From an uncultured Methanosarcinaceae archaeon (GTDB lineage Archaea; Halobacteriota; Methanosarcinia; Methanosarcinales; Methanosarcinaceae): a stretch of 64,000 nucleotides of DNA. Under the pieces are notes generated by a model, which was given only the letters and a program-made list of their open reading frames with translations, made no database searches and was not told the origin of the DNA. Below, piece by piece: positions 47,322 to 58,083 of this stretch. The position numbers and the translations under genes are program-made. The number at the start of each line of letters is the position of its first letter. The stretch's first letter is position 1. The DNA is taken from contig CAWHXP010000005.1 in the NCBI GenBank assembly GCA_963833425.1, forward strand, positions 160,001-224,000, in the 5' to 3' direction.

Positions 47322-49265
47322 ATGTGGGGATGTATGAGAACTGTCAAAAAATATTCAGAGAAATTTACTCAAAACTTTGACTTAATTCTCAGTTTCACGG
47401 GAATTGGTTTAGGATTATTGATTGTTTCTTTGTATTATCTAGTCAATTTACACCAAAAAGACATTGGACTTGCTATTTTATCTTCCTGTTTAATTTATGC
47501 CCTATTTAGAAAGAAATTTAAAAATGAGACTTCAATATATTCAGGAGAAGACAGACTAAAAAGCGTTTTGAATCTTTCATTTTATATCTTTTTCCTTATA
47601 TGCATATTAATATACAACATGAATATGTATTACAGGCCTATATCTTATTTTATACTGATATGCATCCTAGCGGGCATTATAGCCTCCGAGATTCTTTATG
47701 TTAGAGAGGGAGATAAGGTAAACTCTATATTGTTACAGATATTGTTGCTTTCAATCCTCATAAGAGCCGGAATTTTTTATAATTTTCCTAGCCTCATGGG
47801 TTATGATGCATATTTTCATGCGAATATGGCACGTATAATTACTAATACTGGATTTATTGCTCCTTTTCAAATAAGTGATAAGTATTTCTATTACCCGCTT
47901 GCTCATATCTTCATTTCAGCCACCCAGATACTAGGCAAAGTAGATATAAAAGACGCATTTTTTTATTCCATAGGATTTGCTAATATTTTCATCACTGCAG
48001 GTATTTACCTCATAGGAAATAAACTTGAAGGCCCTCAAATGGGTTTACTGGCAGCTTTATTAATAAACTTAAATAACCAAAATATTGTTGCAGGAATTGC
48101 AAACATAACTCCAGGTTCCCTTGTTTTTTGCTACTTTATATTTGTTATATATGCAATTTACAGCGAAAAACAAGAATTGAAGTATATAGGATTCATACTA
48201 TTAATTACCATTTTGATGATTTTGACTCACCAATTGACTACCTTTGTGGTACTTTTCGCTTTGGTAACAATATATCTAGGCAGATATCTCCATAACCATT
48301 TGTACAAGAATTCTCCTTCCGAGATAACTGGTTTTAATTATATTCTGTTTTTTGTAGTTAGTATGCAAACTTACTGGATGTTTACATACGTCAGCCCGAA
48401 TACTTCTTTTTTTGCGATGATTTTCAAGCCACTCATGGAAGTATTTCATGTAGGAGCAAATTACTCAAGAGACGAACTGATTTTAGGCTCCGTAACCAAC
48501 CAAGGGACATTAGAAGCTCTTTTACTCCATATAAGCTATCTAATTCTACCTTTTTTTGCAATTGGAGGAGTTTTAGAGTGGTTTTCTCAAGAAAATGTCA
48601 AAAAAATCAACAAATTTTCAGTTGCTTTAGTGGTCATAATTCTATATATTTTTGCTTACGGGATTCCCTTACTCGGGATGAGGAATTTTCTGACAAGCCG
48701 ATGGTTTCCATTGATATCAGTATTTTTGGTGCTAGTGGCTGCTTCATATATACTGAAACTGGTAAGCCTTTTTAATCTCAGAAAAGCAAGAACTTTCTCA
48801 ATCTTCACAATAGTTCTATTGTTTTCATTTTTTATGGTTACAACACCGGGCATCAATAAAGACAATCCTATTGTAGCAAAGGATACTACCATAAGAAATC
48901 AATTCAAAGATATCGAAATTCAGGCTATTAAAACAGTATCCAAAGCCTACTATGGGAACATAATGATGGATTCTCCTTATATCAGTTGCATTTTTTACAG
49001 TGATTCTGGATATAATCCAAATAACGCAACCTATTTTAACATTCATAATATACAGACCAAAGAGATTGATGGGAATTCGATGGTCCTACTGAGAAAATCC
49101 ACTATGAATGAACCTGTTTCCATCAACGATCCTAACCGTTATGGGATAAATTTTATCCAGGCACTGCCAATAGAATTTTTCAAAAGGTTTGAAGCACCGG
49201 ATTATGCGTTGGTATATGATAATGAAGAGGTATTAGCCTATTTAAAAGAAAAAAATAGACACTAG
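47322..49265 (+). CDS. Multi-pass membrane protein of a glycan cluster (GT-C/polymerase-like)
   Basis: More than 12 TM segments, GYDAYFH...YYPLAH loop, THQLT, RW motif, soluble C-terminus ending VYDN. Confidence 0.7.
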   Translation: MWGCMRTVKKYSEKFTQNFDLILSFTGIGLGLLIVSLYYLVNLHQKDIGLAILSSCLIYALFRKKFKNETSIYSGEDRLKSVLNLSFYIFFLICILIYNMNMYYRPISYFILICILAGIIASEILYVREGDKVNSILLQILLLSILIRAGIFYNFPSLMGYDAYFHANMARIITNTGFIAPFQISDKYFYYPLAHIFISATQILGKVDIKDAFFYSIGFANIFITAGIYLIGNKLEGPQMGLLAALLINLNNQNIVAGIANITPGSLVFCYFIFVIYAIYSEKQELKYIGFILLITILMILTHQLTTFVVLFALVTIYLGRYLHNHLYKNSPSEITGFNYILFFVVSMQTYWMFTYVSPNTSFFAMIFKPLMEVFHVGANYSRDELILGSVTNQGTLEALLLHISYLILPFFAIGGVLEWFSQENVKKINKFSVALVVIILYIFAYGIPLLGMRNFLTSRWFPLISVFLVLVAASYILKLVSLFNLRKARTFSIFTIVLLFSFFMVTTPGINKDNPIVAKDTTIRNQFKDIEIQAIKTVSKAYYGNIMMDSPYISCIFYSDSGYNPNNATYFNIHNIQTKEIDGNSMVLLRKSTMNEPVSINDPNRYGINFIQALPIEFFKRFEAPDYALVYDNEEVLAYLKEKNRH

Positions 49266-49360
49266 ATATTAATTCCATAATAAATTTTGTTTATTTATTG
49301 ATCATCAGACTGAAAAAATATACTTAAAATTTTGAGTTATATTTCAAGGTTGTAAATAAC

Positions 49361-50851
49361 ATGTTAGAACCTAATAAGGCGTCAAATTTTATCGCCAACG
49401 TATTAAAACTCGTATCTGGGAGTGTTACTGCACAGATCTTGGGTATACTCCTTGTACCTTTAATTACCAGGATTTACAGCCCCGAAGATTTAGGAATTTT
49501 TCAGCTTTTTCTATCAATATCGGGTATATTGATAATCTTTTCTACTTTTTCATATCAGTTTGCTATAATGTTACCCAAAACAGAGGAAGATTCTGCAAAC
49601 GTTGCTTTCCTCTGTGCAATATTGGTAACCCTTACTTCTTTACTCACAACTGTAGCGGTGTTTTTCCTTCCAAAAGATGTTGAGCATATGCTCAATGCTC
49701 CAGGAATTTCAAAATACTTAATTTACATTCCAGCAATAACGTTCTTTAACGGCATTTTTTTCGTTCAGAATTACTGGCTTTCAAGAAAGATTCGTTTTGG
49801 AGTTATAGCAGGATCCAGAATATTAAATACAGTGTCAACCAAAGCATTCCAGTTATTTATCCCTGTCTGGAATGTATCTCCCTTAGGTCTGATAGCAGGA
49901 TATGTTGCAGGATATGGATTTGCAGACTTGTTCATGCTCAAAGGCGCAAAAAATGACTTGAAGATTTTCAAGGGAATATCATTCAAAAAAATGAAAGATA
50001 TGGCTATTGAATACAAAAATTTTCCGTTGTTTAGTTCTTGGTCTACACTTGCAAACTCGATTTCGCCACAAGTACCTACGTTTTTGCTTGCATATTATTA
50101 CGGAACGAGCGCTGTAGGATATTTTTCACTTGCAAATCAGGTTGTGAATTTGCCTATGGGACTTCTCGGGACCGCTATACAGCAGGTTTTTTTTCAGAAA
50201 ATAAGTGAAGTTAAAAATGGAAACGATCCTGGAGATATGAAAGTTATAGTTAGTGAGGTTTATAAAAAACTGATTCTAATAGGGGTATTCCCGATGATAC
50301 TCCTACTGATTCTTGGAGGAGAGATATTTACATTTGCTTTCGGAAAAAGCTGGTATACATCGGGTATATACATAAAGATACTTGTACCGTGGATATTTCT
50401 TGTCTTCCTGTCCTCGCCTATTTCGACTCTTTACAGTGTATTCGATAAACAGGGAGTTTGGCTAACCTTCAGCATATTTCTCTTAATCTCAAGAGTCGTA
50501 GCATTGGTAATAGGAGGAATTTATGGGAGTCCGGAATTTGCCCTTGGCCTTTTTAGTTTTACAGGAATTTTATTCTGGCTCTGGAACAATGCATATTTGT
50601 TGAACCTTGTAGGGATTAATAAAATTGAAAGCGTAAAAATACTTGGTAAGTATACGGCAATCGGTATTTTTGTTTCGATTCCGTTAATTCTGCTGGAAGT
50701 ATTCTCTGTGAACTTTTATGTTATCCTCATTACAGCAGTGATCATAACACCTATATATTATGTTATAACCTTGCACGATGACCCAAGATTCAAGAAAATA
50801 TTCTCGGCTTTTCTTGTGAACGTAAAGAAAAAAAACATGGGAAGAATATAA
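49361..50851 (+). CDS. Oligosaccharide flippase (Wzx family)
   Basis: NVLKLVSGS..AQ, PLITRIYSPEDLG, YKNFP, VGYFSLA...P. Confidence 0.9.
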   Translation: MLEPNKASNFIANVLKLVSGSVTAQILGILLVPLITRIYSPEDLGIFQLFLSISGILIIFSTFSYQFAIMLPKTEEDSANVAFLCAILVTLTSLLTTVAVFFLPKDVEHMLNAPGISKYLIYIPAITFFNGIFFVQNYWLSRKIRFGVIAGSRILNTVSTKAFQLFIPVWNVSPLGLIAGYVAGYGFADLFMLKGAKNDLKIFKGISFKKMKDMAIEYKNFPLFSSWSTLANSISPQVPTFLLAYYYGTSAVGYFSLANQVVNLPMGLLGTAIQQVFFQKISEVKNGNDPGDMKVIVSEVYKKLILIGVFPMILLLILGGEIFTFAFGKSWYTSGIYIKILVPWIFLVFLSSPISTLYSVFDKQGVWLTFSIFLLISRVVALVIGGIYGSPEFALGLFSFTGILFWLWNNAYLLNLVGINKIESVKILGKYTAIGIFVSIPLILLEVFSVNFYVILITAVIITPIYYVITLHDDPRFKKIFSAFLVNVKKKNMGRI

Positions 50852-50981
50852 ACATTTGTAGAGATCTTGTAAAAGGGGTTGCAGAGCTTCAGTCCGGAAA
50901 AAAATATATAATATAATAATTGAATAAACTATTTTCAGGAAAATCCAAATTTTTATATTTATGAGAAAATTTGTCATTTCA

Positions 50982-51989
50982 TTATCCTGTTCCCACATGA
51001 GTACTTTTGTATAGTGTTTTCAGGATTGAACACCTTTTGCTATCCAGAGTTACACTGTAATAAGGTATTACTTCAGGAGAAAAGCCCATGATAAAGTCCG
51101 CAAATCTGGGAACGTTTCCTGCCATGACATTCATATATTCAAAATTTCTGGATTGCAAGTCAAGAAACTCATTATAATAAAGAAGAGTATTAGCGCCCAT
51201 TCGGCTAAACGACGGATTAAGGGCAGAAGACCAGGTAACAGTGCACTTCTTTCCGTAGAGATTTAAATGAGCTGCGACTGTTTCTCCGTCTGGAGTTTCG
51301 GAAACAAACATGTAACCAATATATTTCTCCTGAATAAGATTAAAAATTCTATCGAAAAACTCCCTAGGAACTGGTGTTTCCATGTTCTGTTTTTCATATA
51401 CCATCGAAAGTAGATCATAATATGTTTCAGAATTATTTTTGATCCGTGTCTTTAGTCCCGCATCAGCTGCAGATTTAAGTTCCCTACGAATTTTTCTTGA
51501 AATATTATTATCAACATTTTCTTTCAGGTTTAGATAGTGGGTATAGTGAACATTTGAGTCCCACCCGTTCCATGTAAATGGTCTGATGTCCTCAAGACCT
51601 GGCGAAAACACTAGATGAATACTATCAAAACCTTGTCTACAGAGAAATTCCCTAAGGGGGTTAAGAATTTCGTGAGTTTCCTGTACTCGTTTGCTTTTTT
51701 TGGAGATCGCACTTTCTTTTATTAGGGGTCCACAATAGTCAGTCATATTACAGGTGGAAGATCCTATTTTGAGTATCCCTTTGAGGTTCTTAACAAAGAG
51801 TGGGCATCCTCCAACAAGCTCATCATTTCTAAAACAACCATAAATCCTGAGATCTCTGAAAAGGACGTCCCTACAGATTTCAAGCCACTGACTGGTGTGA
51901 AAGAGTGTACCCGATTGAGCTTTTTCTACAAGCAGATCCCATTCTTTGTATTCTGACGGCGCTAATTCTCTAACTTCAATTTTTTCCAT
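50982..51989 (-). CDS. GNAT/FemAB-like acyltransferase
   Basis: EWDLLV...GTLFHTSQWL, YCGP, RRELKSA...GL, GANTLL. Confidence 0.8.
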   Translation of the reverse strand: MEKIEVRELAPSEYKEWDLLVEKAQSGTLFHTSQWLEICRDVLFRDLRIYGCFRNDELVGGCPLFVKNLKGILKIGSSTCNMTDYCGPLIKESAISKKSKRVQETHEILNPLREFLCRQGFDSIHLVFSPGLEDIRPFTWNGWDSNVHYTHYLNLKENVDNNISRKIRRELKSAADAGLKTRIKNNSETYYDLLSMVYEKQNMETPVPREFFDRIFNLIQEKYIGYMFVSETPDGETVAAHLNLYGKKCTVTWSSALNPSFSRMGANTLLYYNEFLDLQSRNFEYMNVMAGNVPRFADFIMGFSPEVIPYYSVTLDSKRCSILKTLYKSTHVGTG

Positions 51990-52339
51990 TATAAAACCCG
52001 TGTAATAGATGTTTGTTTTTATCTTTAGTATTTTATATAATAACTATACGATTTAACTGAAAAACTAGCGGGCCGCTTTCAAAATAAATCCTTTGTCTAG
52101 GGGAAAATAAATTGATCTGGGATAAATTTCAAAGCTATGCTTGTGAACATAATTTGGAATCTTATTACTTAGCATCGGGGCAATTAAATTATAAAACATA
52201 ATACTTGGATAGTTTCTAATCAAAATGAAGAGATCCATAGCTTATATAGATGGTGAATAATCAAGTGATATCCGGATAGTTTTCCTAGCATGCTTACTTG
52301 TAAACTTTCAGTTTATTTTTTTATAATTATTTATTCTAT

Positions 52340-52860
52340 TTGTCCATGTAACTACTTCACAGGTAAATGTTACATGTGACTCGTCTATCAGTACATTCTA
52401 TATATATCATTCTGATTTCTATTTAATTCACATATAGAATACATGTTTTGGGGTGTAATGAAATTAAATTTTGTCCAAAATCTGTTTTGCTTCAACTTCG
52501 CTGAATGTCTGTAGAGTGACTTCTTGCTGTAGATATTGAGATTGTCTATTACCGGCCATATAAATTCGGCTTTTTGATATTTTAAGATAGTGATAATTTC
52601 CAAGAATTGTGCAAAAATTGTGCAAAATCTGTTATAATTCTTCTTTTGGTGACCTGAGTCACCTTTTTTCTCTCTTTGAATTCTATTACCATAAATATAT
52701 TTGCTTTCAACTCTGGAATATCTATAATCATATTTTTCTAAGTTATCAGGCTTTATTGGGATGGTCATTCTCTCATTTATAGCATTTTAGTTAGTTTCTC
52801 GTCAAGAAGTTTATAGTTTTATTCTGATTTCGGACATTTTTTAGGAATATAAGTCGTCTA
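52340..52860 (-). mobile_element. IS630-family transposase remnant
   Basis: EKYDYRYSR, VIDNLNIY, degenerate (HY)TP...LN pieces. Confidence 0.65.
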
Positions 52861-54077
52861 AGGGGTAATCAAAAACCCTACTTCAAGGACTGATATGAAG
52901 TCTTTTTTTTAATCAAATGGGAAATAGGTTGGCGATATCACTTAAGCTAATGAAATAATGCAGAAGAAATCTCATTTTGGAATTTGAGCGATAATCGACC
53001 AATATTGTGTCTTTCTGTTTAAGCCAGTGGAAGGTTGCTACTAATACCTGCTGCAAGGGCATAAGGTATCCCAAAAATCAGGAATACGTAATTTTTGTAC
53101 TAATTAATTTAATTTAGTGCTATTATATATAACAAAATAAATAATTGTAATTTATAGGTATTTCAGCATCTTCAATGGGGGGATTAAATGAAAGACATAA
53201 TAACAGTAGATATTTATGACGTGTATGATAAGAAATTAATAGAAGGAGTTATGCCGGTCAATTCAGTCCACGACCTAACATCGTTTCCAATGTTAGATGC
53301 ATAGTTACTAATTCAACTATTGGTGCTTAAATTTGTAATTGTTAGTCATATTGTCGAAAATGTACAAAATTCGGAGAATGCGTCTGCATTTGTGGAGTAC
53401 AAACTCCCGGGATTTATGATGTTAGTATGGCTGCCTAAGTCCACGCGGATGTAGTGTGAATAAAGTCCTAAAAGACGTTACTAATACTGATTATATCCAT
53501 TATGAGTCCTGATGATAACTTTGTTGGATTAGCAGAAGGATCTCAGCCCTTTATTTGCTTAATCCTATGATAAACTGTCTCAATTTAGTCTAGTTATTAT
53601 TTGTAGATATTCTTGTACCTTGGAATAGACTTTTCGACGGGCTGCAGCATATCTCCCTAGCAGCTGACAAGATTAATTTTTTGAATCATTCTGCATAAGC
53701 CGAACTTTGTTGCCGAGAATTCCTAAATTAAGCTGCATAAGCCAAACTTTTTTGTCGATATTTCCAGATCCCTAGTACTCATAAATTCATGGGTAACACT
53801 ATGTTGATCAAACTCTGCGATTTGTCCTCTTGCTATTTTTTTATGACCCAAGTTAATTCAATGGCCTTCTTTTTGAAAAATACCAGAGTGCAAAAAATAG
53901 AACATTTCTCGATAAATGGGGCACAATCTTCATTGCTTGCACTTGAGACTTCCCAAAGCTAATTGTGCTTTCTTCCTATTTAGGACGATCTTGTAGATTA
54001 TCTTCTTTTAATTACAACATTAATTCTAACGCAAATTTCTGGTCCATCTCTTGCTGTAGCTATCAATAAAACTCATT

Positions 54078-54455
54078 TTAATCACCCTTGTACCAATTTT
54101 TCCTAATCGTCTTAACAAAAACTCTAATCTCGTATGTTTGTCCTTCTTTGTCGGGAATGTACTCTTTCCCAATGTAACAGTTTCCGGTTGCTCCGATAGT
54201 TCTGTTAGATAGTTCTTTCCATAGGTCTTTATTAAGGCAGTGAAATTCAGATGGCTCGGCAAATTCAGATAGCTTGCCAAATTCAGATGGTTTGCCAAAT
54301 TCAGATATATCTGTAAATTCAGATAGCTTTCTAAATTCGGATAGATTGGAAAATTCCGATTGCTCATCATCTGACAGGATCATTTCCATCTCTCTTAGGT
54401 AGATTTCAAATTCTTCGTCTGTCATCTTTTTTTTATTGTTTCTCATTTGTTTCAC
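54078..54455 (-). CDS. Hypothetical protein with seven SEFxxx hexapeptide repeats
   Basis: SEFSNL SEFRKL SEFTDI SEFGKP SEFGKL SEFAEP SEFHCL. Confidence 0.55.
   Translation of the reverse strand: MKQMRNNKKKMTDEEFEIYLREMEMILSDDEQSEFSNLSEFRKLSEFTDISEFGKPSEFGKLSEFAEPSEFHCLNKDLWKELSNRTIGATGNCYIGKEYIPDKEGQTYEIRVFVKTIRKNWYKGD
54238..54362. repeat. 18-bp imperfect tandem repeat, about 7 units
   Basis: Recurring AAATTC(A/G/C)GAT at 18-bp spacing. Confidence 0.8.
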
Positions 54456-56073
54456 CTTTTGACCAACATCACATGCCTTTTACAATAAATATTTAATTTT
54501 AATAGTATATAAGAAGCTACTTCACAGTAAATAAATTATTAAAACTAAAGAACTGGGCGCTATTATTCAAAAGTAGTCTTTTAGCTAGAGACGAGTTGGT
54601 TGATGTATCCGTTGACCGTTCATCCAAATTTGGATCAATTAATTGATTTTTAGATGAGAGTTATTTGGAAAGAAGGTGATTAACGCAGAAGATATAATGG
54701 GAGAATCTATCGTTAATGAGAAAAAAATAATAGAATTATTAAGACACTATTACACAATTTTCTCTTCAACTTACCAGATCCCATTACATTTAGATCATGC
54801 TATTTGGATATACATTGTAAGTATGATCATTTGACCATGATACTATATTTTTATCCTTTTCTACGGCATAATTTAAAAATTCATACAATTTACGACTACA
54901 ATCAAAAAGTTCAGAAATCGATCTAAATTCTCTTACATCAAATGTTAAGCATCGATTATTTATAACTATAGATATATAATATATCTTGCTATATTATACA
55001 ACTAATAATATGCCAATTAGCTATACTATATAATAATTATATTATTAATATATAATGTCAAAAAAATAAAGCTATCTATTGCTGATTCTTATTCTTGTAA
55101 AAAGATATGGAAAACTTTTTGAGAATAATGCTTCCAAATGTTGATATTTATTTTTTGATTTTAAATTTGGCTATACTCATACCAACCATAGATACATAAT
55201 TATAACTCCCAGTTTACACACAATTTTGATTCTGGTTTCAACATCCAAAAGAGCAGCAATTTACGTTAACTTAAGAATTTTACAAAGCCGTTATTTTATA
55301 GATATAGTGTATTGTTATGATGGAATATATATGAAAAACAGCCATTTAGAGTGAGAAAGAACTAAAAAAGCTTATTTTTCAAAAATATACATGCTTTCTT
55401 TGTTACAAAATCTGTGCATTCTCTCACTTTCAGCCAAAATTTGATAATATTTCTTAACCAAATCTTGGTGAAAATACCTAGTATTTAACAAAATAGATCG
55501 AATTTAACTAAGCAAAAACTTGGCTATTTGTATCTCTTAAAGGAAAGGATCCATAAAATTTAGATGTGAAATCTGAAAAATAGCAATTCTCTCAAAAGGT
55601 TGCTATTCAGACAACTGAAAAATAAATATTTTTTTTGTATTAAAAAAAATCAATTTTAATCGTATTTCTTTTACTGATCGCTATTAACTAGGCATTATTA
55701 GATCAACTTTTTTCTCAAGCTATATTCTTATTTTTAAGGACGCTATTATAAAAGAGATTCGGCTCGTCCAAAAAGTTAAATATATTAATAAAATAAAAAA
55801 TTTTAAAGATACAACACGATTATTCAGTGAGAAAGGTGTAAACTTATAATGGTGCTGACTGATACGAGTAGACCACAAAAGACACTGGTTAGTCCACTGA
55901 TGGTTGTTTTTTACTATCATTGACAGTTGAAGCAGTAACCCACGGCAGTATATAAAAGCTTGTAATTCTTAGGGTGAGCTAAAATGAATGATTTCGGGTC
56001 TAATACTATTGCTCGAAAAATCAAAAAATGATAGGTATTGCACAAATAGAAGATTTTTTAAAACATGTAAATT

Positions 56074-56271
56074 ATGGAGATTACAGATATGAGCATACAA
56101 AAATTAGATCGAATTAAAAAAACGATTGTTATTCTACTGGTAGTTGGTTTTTTACTATCATTGACAGCTGTATCGGTAAGCACCAAAGGTGCAAAAGGCT
56201 CAGACGTCGTGACTATCAGTTCGTCACGAAAGAATGATAAAATATGTTCTGGCTCAAAGGAGGTTTGTTGA
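56074..56271 (+). CDS. Short ORF with a Methanosarcina-type signal peptide (probably a truncated secreted protein)
   Basis: KKTIVILLVVGFLLSLTAVSVS; partial duplicate at ~55875-55940. Confidence 0.4.
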   Translation: MEITDMSIQKLDRIKKTIVILLVVGFLLSLTAVSVSTKGAKGSDVVTISSSRKNDKICSGSKEVC

Positions 56272-56939
56272 TGCCAAAAATACGTTTTCTTGCTCCTGCA
56301 GCGCCACACTCTTGCAACATTGCAAACGCTAGCGCCATAACATTGCCTGACGCAGTGCACGACACGTCTTTGGCGCAAATTGTTGGAACGGCATGCCAAT
56401 CGAAAGCCAGCATCGTCTTGGCTGGTGGTTGTTTTTGGGGTGTCCAAGCTGTTTTCCAGCATGTCAAAGGCGTGACAAACGCCGTATCCGGCTATGCGGG
56501 AGGGGCAGCGAGTACGGCGCATTACGAAACTGTCGGCACCGGCAAAACAGGACATGCAGAGTCGGTACAATTGACGTATAACCCCTCGCAAATAACGCTT
56601 GGGAAAATTCTGAAAGTGTTTTTCTCGATCGTCCATGATCCGACTGAGCTTAACTACCAGGGTCCAGACCACGGCACACAATATCGCTCCGCGATTTTCT
56701 ATTCGACGCCGGAACAGAAAAAAGTTGCGGAAGCTTATATTGACCAATTGCAACAAGAAAAAATCTTTAAGGCTCCTATTGTAACCAAGCTGGAGCCTTT
56801 AAAGGCTTTCTATCCCGCTGAGGATTATCACCAAAACTATGCAAGGCTTCACCCATCTGATCCCTACATTGCGATTAATGATCTGCCGAAAGTAAAAGCG
56901 CTTTCGAAAGAGCTCCCAGACCTTTACATCAAACTATGA
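56271..56939 (+). CDS. msrA: Peptide-methionine (S)-S-oxide reductase
   Basis: AGGCFWG, GHAE, HDPT.LN.QGPD.GTQYRSAIF, FYPAEDYHQNY; AAGGAGG RBS. Confidence 0.95.
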   Translation: MPKIRFLAPAAPHSCNIANASAITLPDAVHDTSLAQIVGTACQSKASIVLAGGCFWGVQAVFQHVKGVTNAVSGYAGGAASTAHYETVGTGKTGHAESVQLTYNPSQITLGKILKVFFSIVHDPTELNYQGPDHGTQYRSAIFYSTPEQKKVAEAYIDQLQQEKIFKAPIVTKLEPLKAFYPAEDYHQNYARLHPSDPYIAINDLPKVKALSKELPDLYIKL

Positions 56940-57037
56940 GTACACTCAATGTTGTGCTAGCTTTCGTCGAAGAAGTCTGGTTGATTCTGGCGCCTTACAT
57001 CTTGCTGATTTTGCAGATCTTGCTGGCACCTAGTTAA
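56936..57037 (+). pseudogene. N-terminal relic of a DipZ/CcdA-type thiol-disulfide transporter
   Basis: ATGA overlap with msrA; MSTLNVVLAFVEEVWLILAPYILLILQILLA resembles LAFxEGxxxIxSPCILPILPIxLA. Confidence 0.5.
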
Positions 57038-57640
57038 AAATCCAATGAAATTTACGACATTATCAAAACTTGTAGTTATGCACCTACAAAGAATTATCCA
57101 GCAATTATAATCTAGAATGTAGATAAATGGATTATCTAGGAGCCTGAGGTTTTTGATTATTATTTTGAAACTGAATCCGAATTAAGCCGTAGTAAATCTG
57201 AAATGAATGATATGAAAATTTTGAAACAGAAATAGTCAAATGTATTGAAATTATGAATATTTCATAAAATCGATATGTAAAGAGTTGGCTATATCGAGTA
57301 TCACGATTATAAGGTAGGATATCCACATATGAAGCAGCGAGCAACTTATATTATGATCGTGAAAATAAGACAACATTTAGTATTTTGTTTAAAAATATAA
57401 CAGCAAACAAGACTAAAAATACACAGATTAGTTTAAAAAATAGGATGTGTGTCTATTCATGTTTTGGAGTTTGTAAGTTAGTACTAGTGAGTTGAATAGT
57501 CATGCAGAATTTACGTTAAGAAAATACATCTCTTTTATAGCAAAATCTATGCATCAATAAAAAACGATCTACTCCTATTTTTTTATGATGAAAAAAAATA
57601 ATTCAGAACTTTCTATGCACTTCCAAAAAAACGGAGACCA

Positions 57641-57743
57641 GAAAATAATAAAAACGGAAGCTTTACCAGTAAATGCTTTTGGCTCTGAATCTTACTTTTT
57701 GCAGTGCAAAAAAAGGTAAGGGAAAATTAATATTTTACAGAAC
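57641..57743 (+). repeat. Left copy of a 103-bp inverted repeat (IS-end-like)
   Basis: Near-identical reverse complement at 59038-59140; weaker copy at ~26150-26220. Confidence 0.85.
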
Positions 57744-58083
57744 TGTTGACAAACTTCCACATTGCCAAATTTAACTATTGATTCCACTTGTTTTGTTGCA
57801 ATCAATCAAAATAACGAGAATTTCTGCCGTATAATTTCATGGCACTTTCTTATTTTCAATTTTTTTTCCTTTATATGAAAGCCAATTAAGATCTCACAAA
57901 AGAACTATTACGTATTAGATTATTTTCGAATTATTCAGATCAAAAACCATCATTTATATAATACAATATGTATATATATAAGCTCAAAGTAATCATTAAA
58001 CGTCCACCGAGTGAGCAAATTTGTAAAAGATAACAAATGCTTCAGTGGAACTTAATATTTAAATATATATCCTGAGGATTAAA

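Noticed and set aside
54238..54362. CRISPR array
   Set aside because: 18-bp coding tandem repeat without spacers; no repeat-spacer array or cas gene was seen in the window
56058..56756. 232-aa antisense ORF
   Set aside because: Shadow of GC-rich msrA with no recognisable motifs
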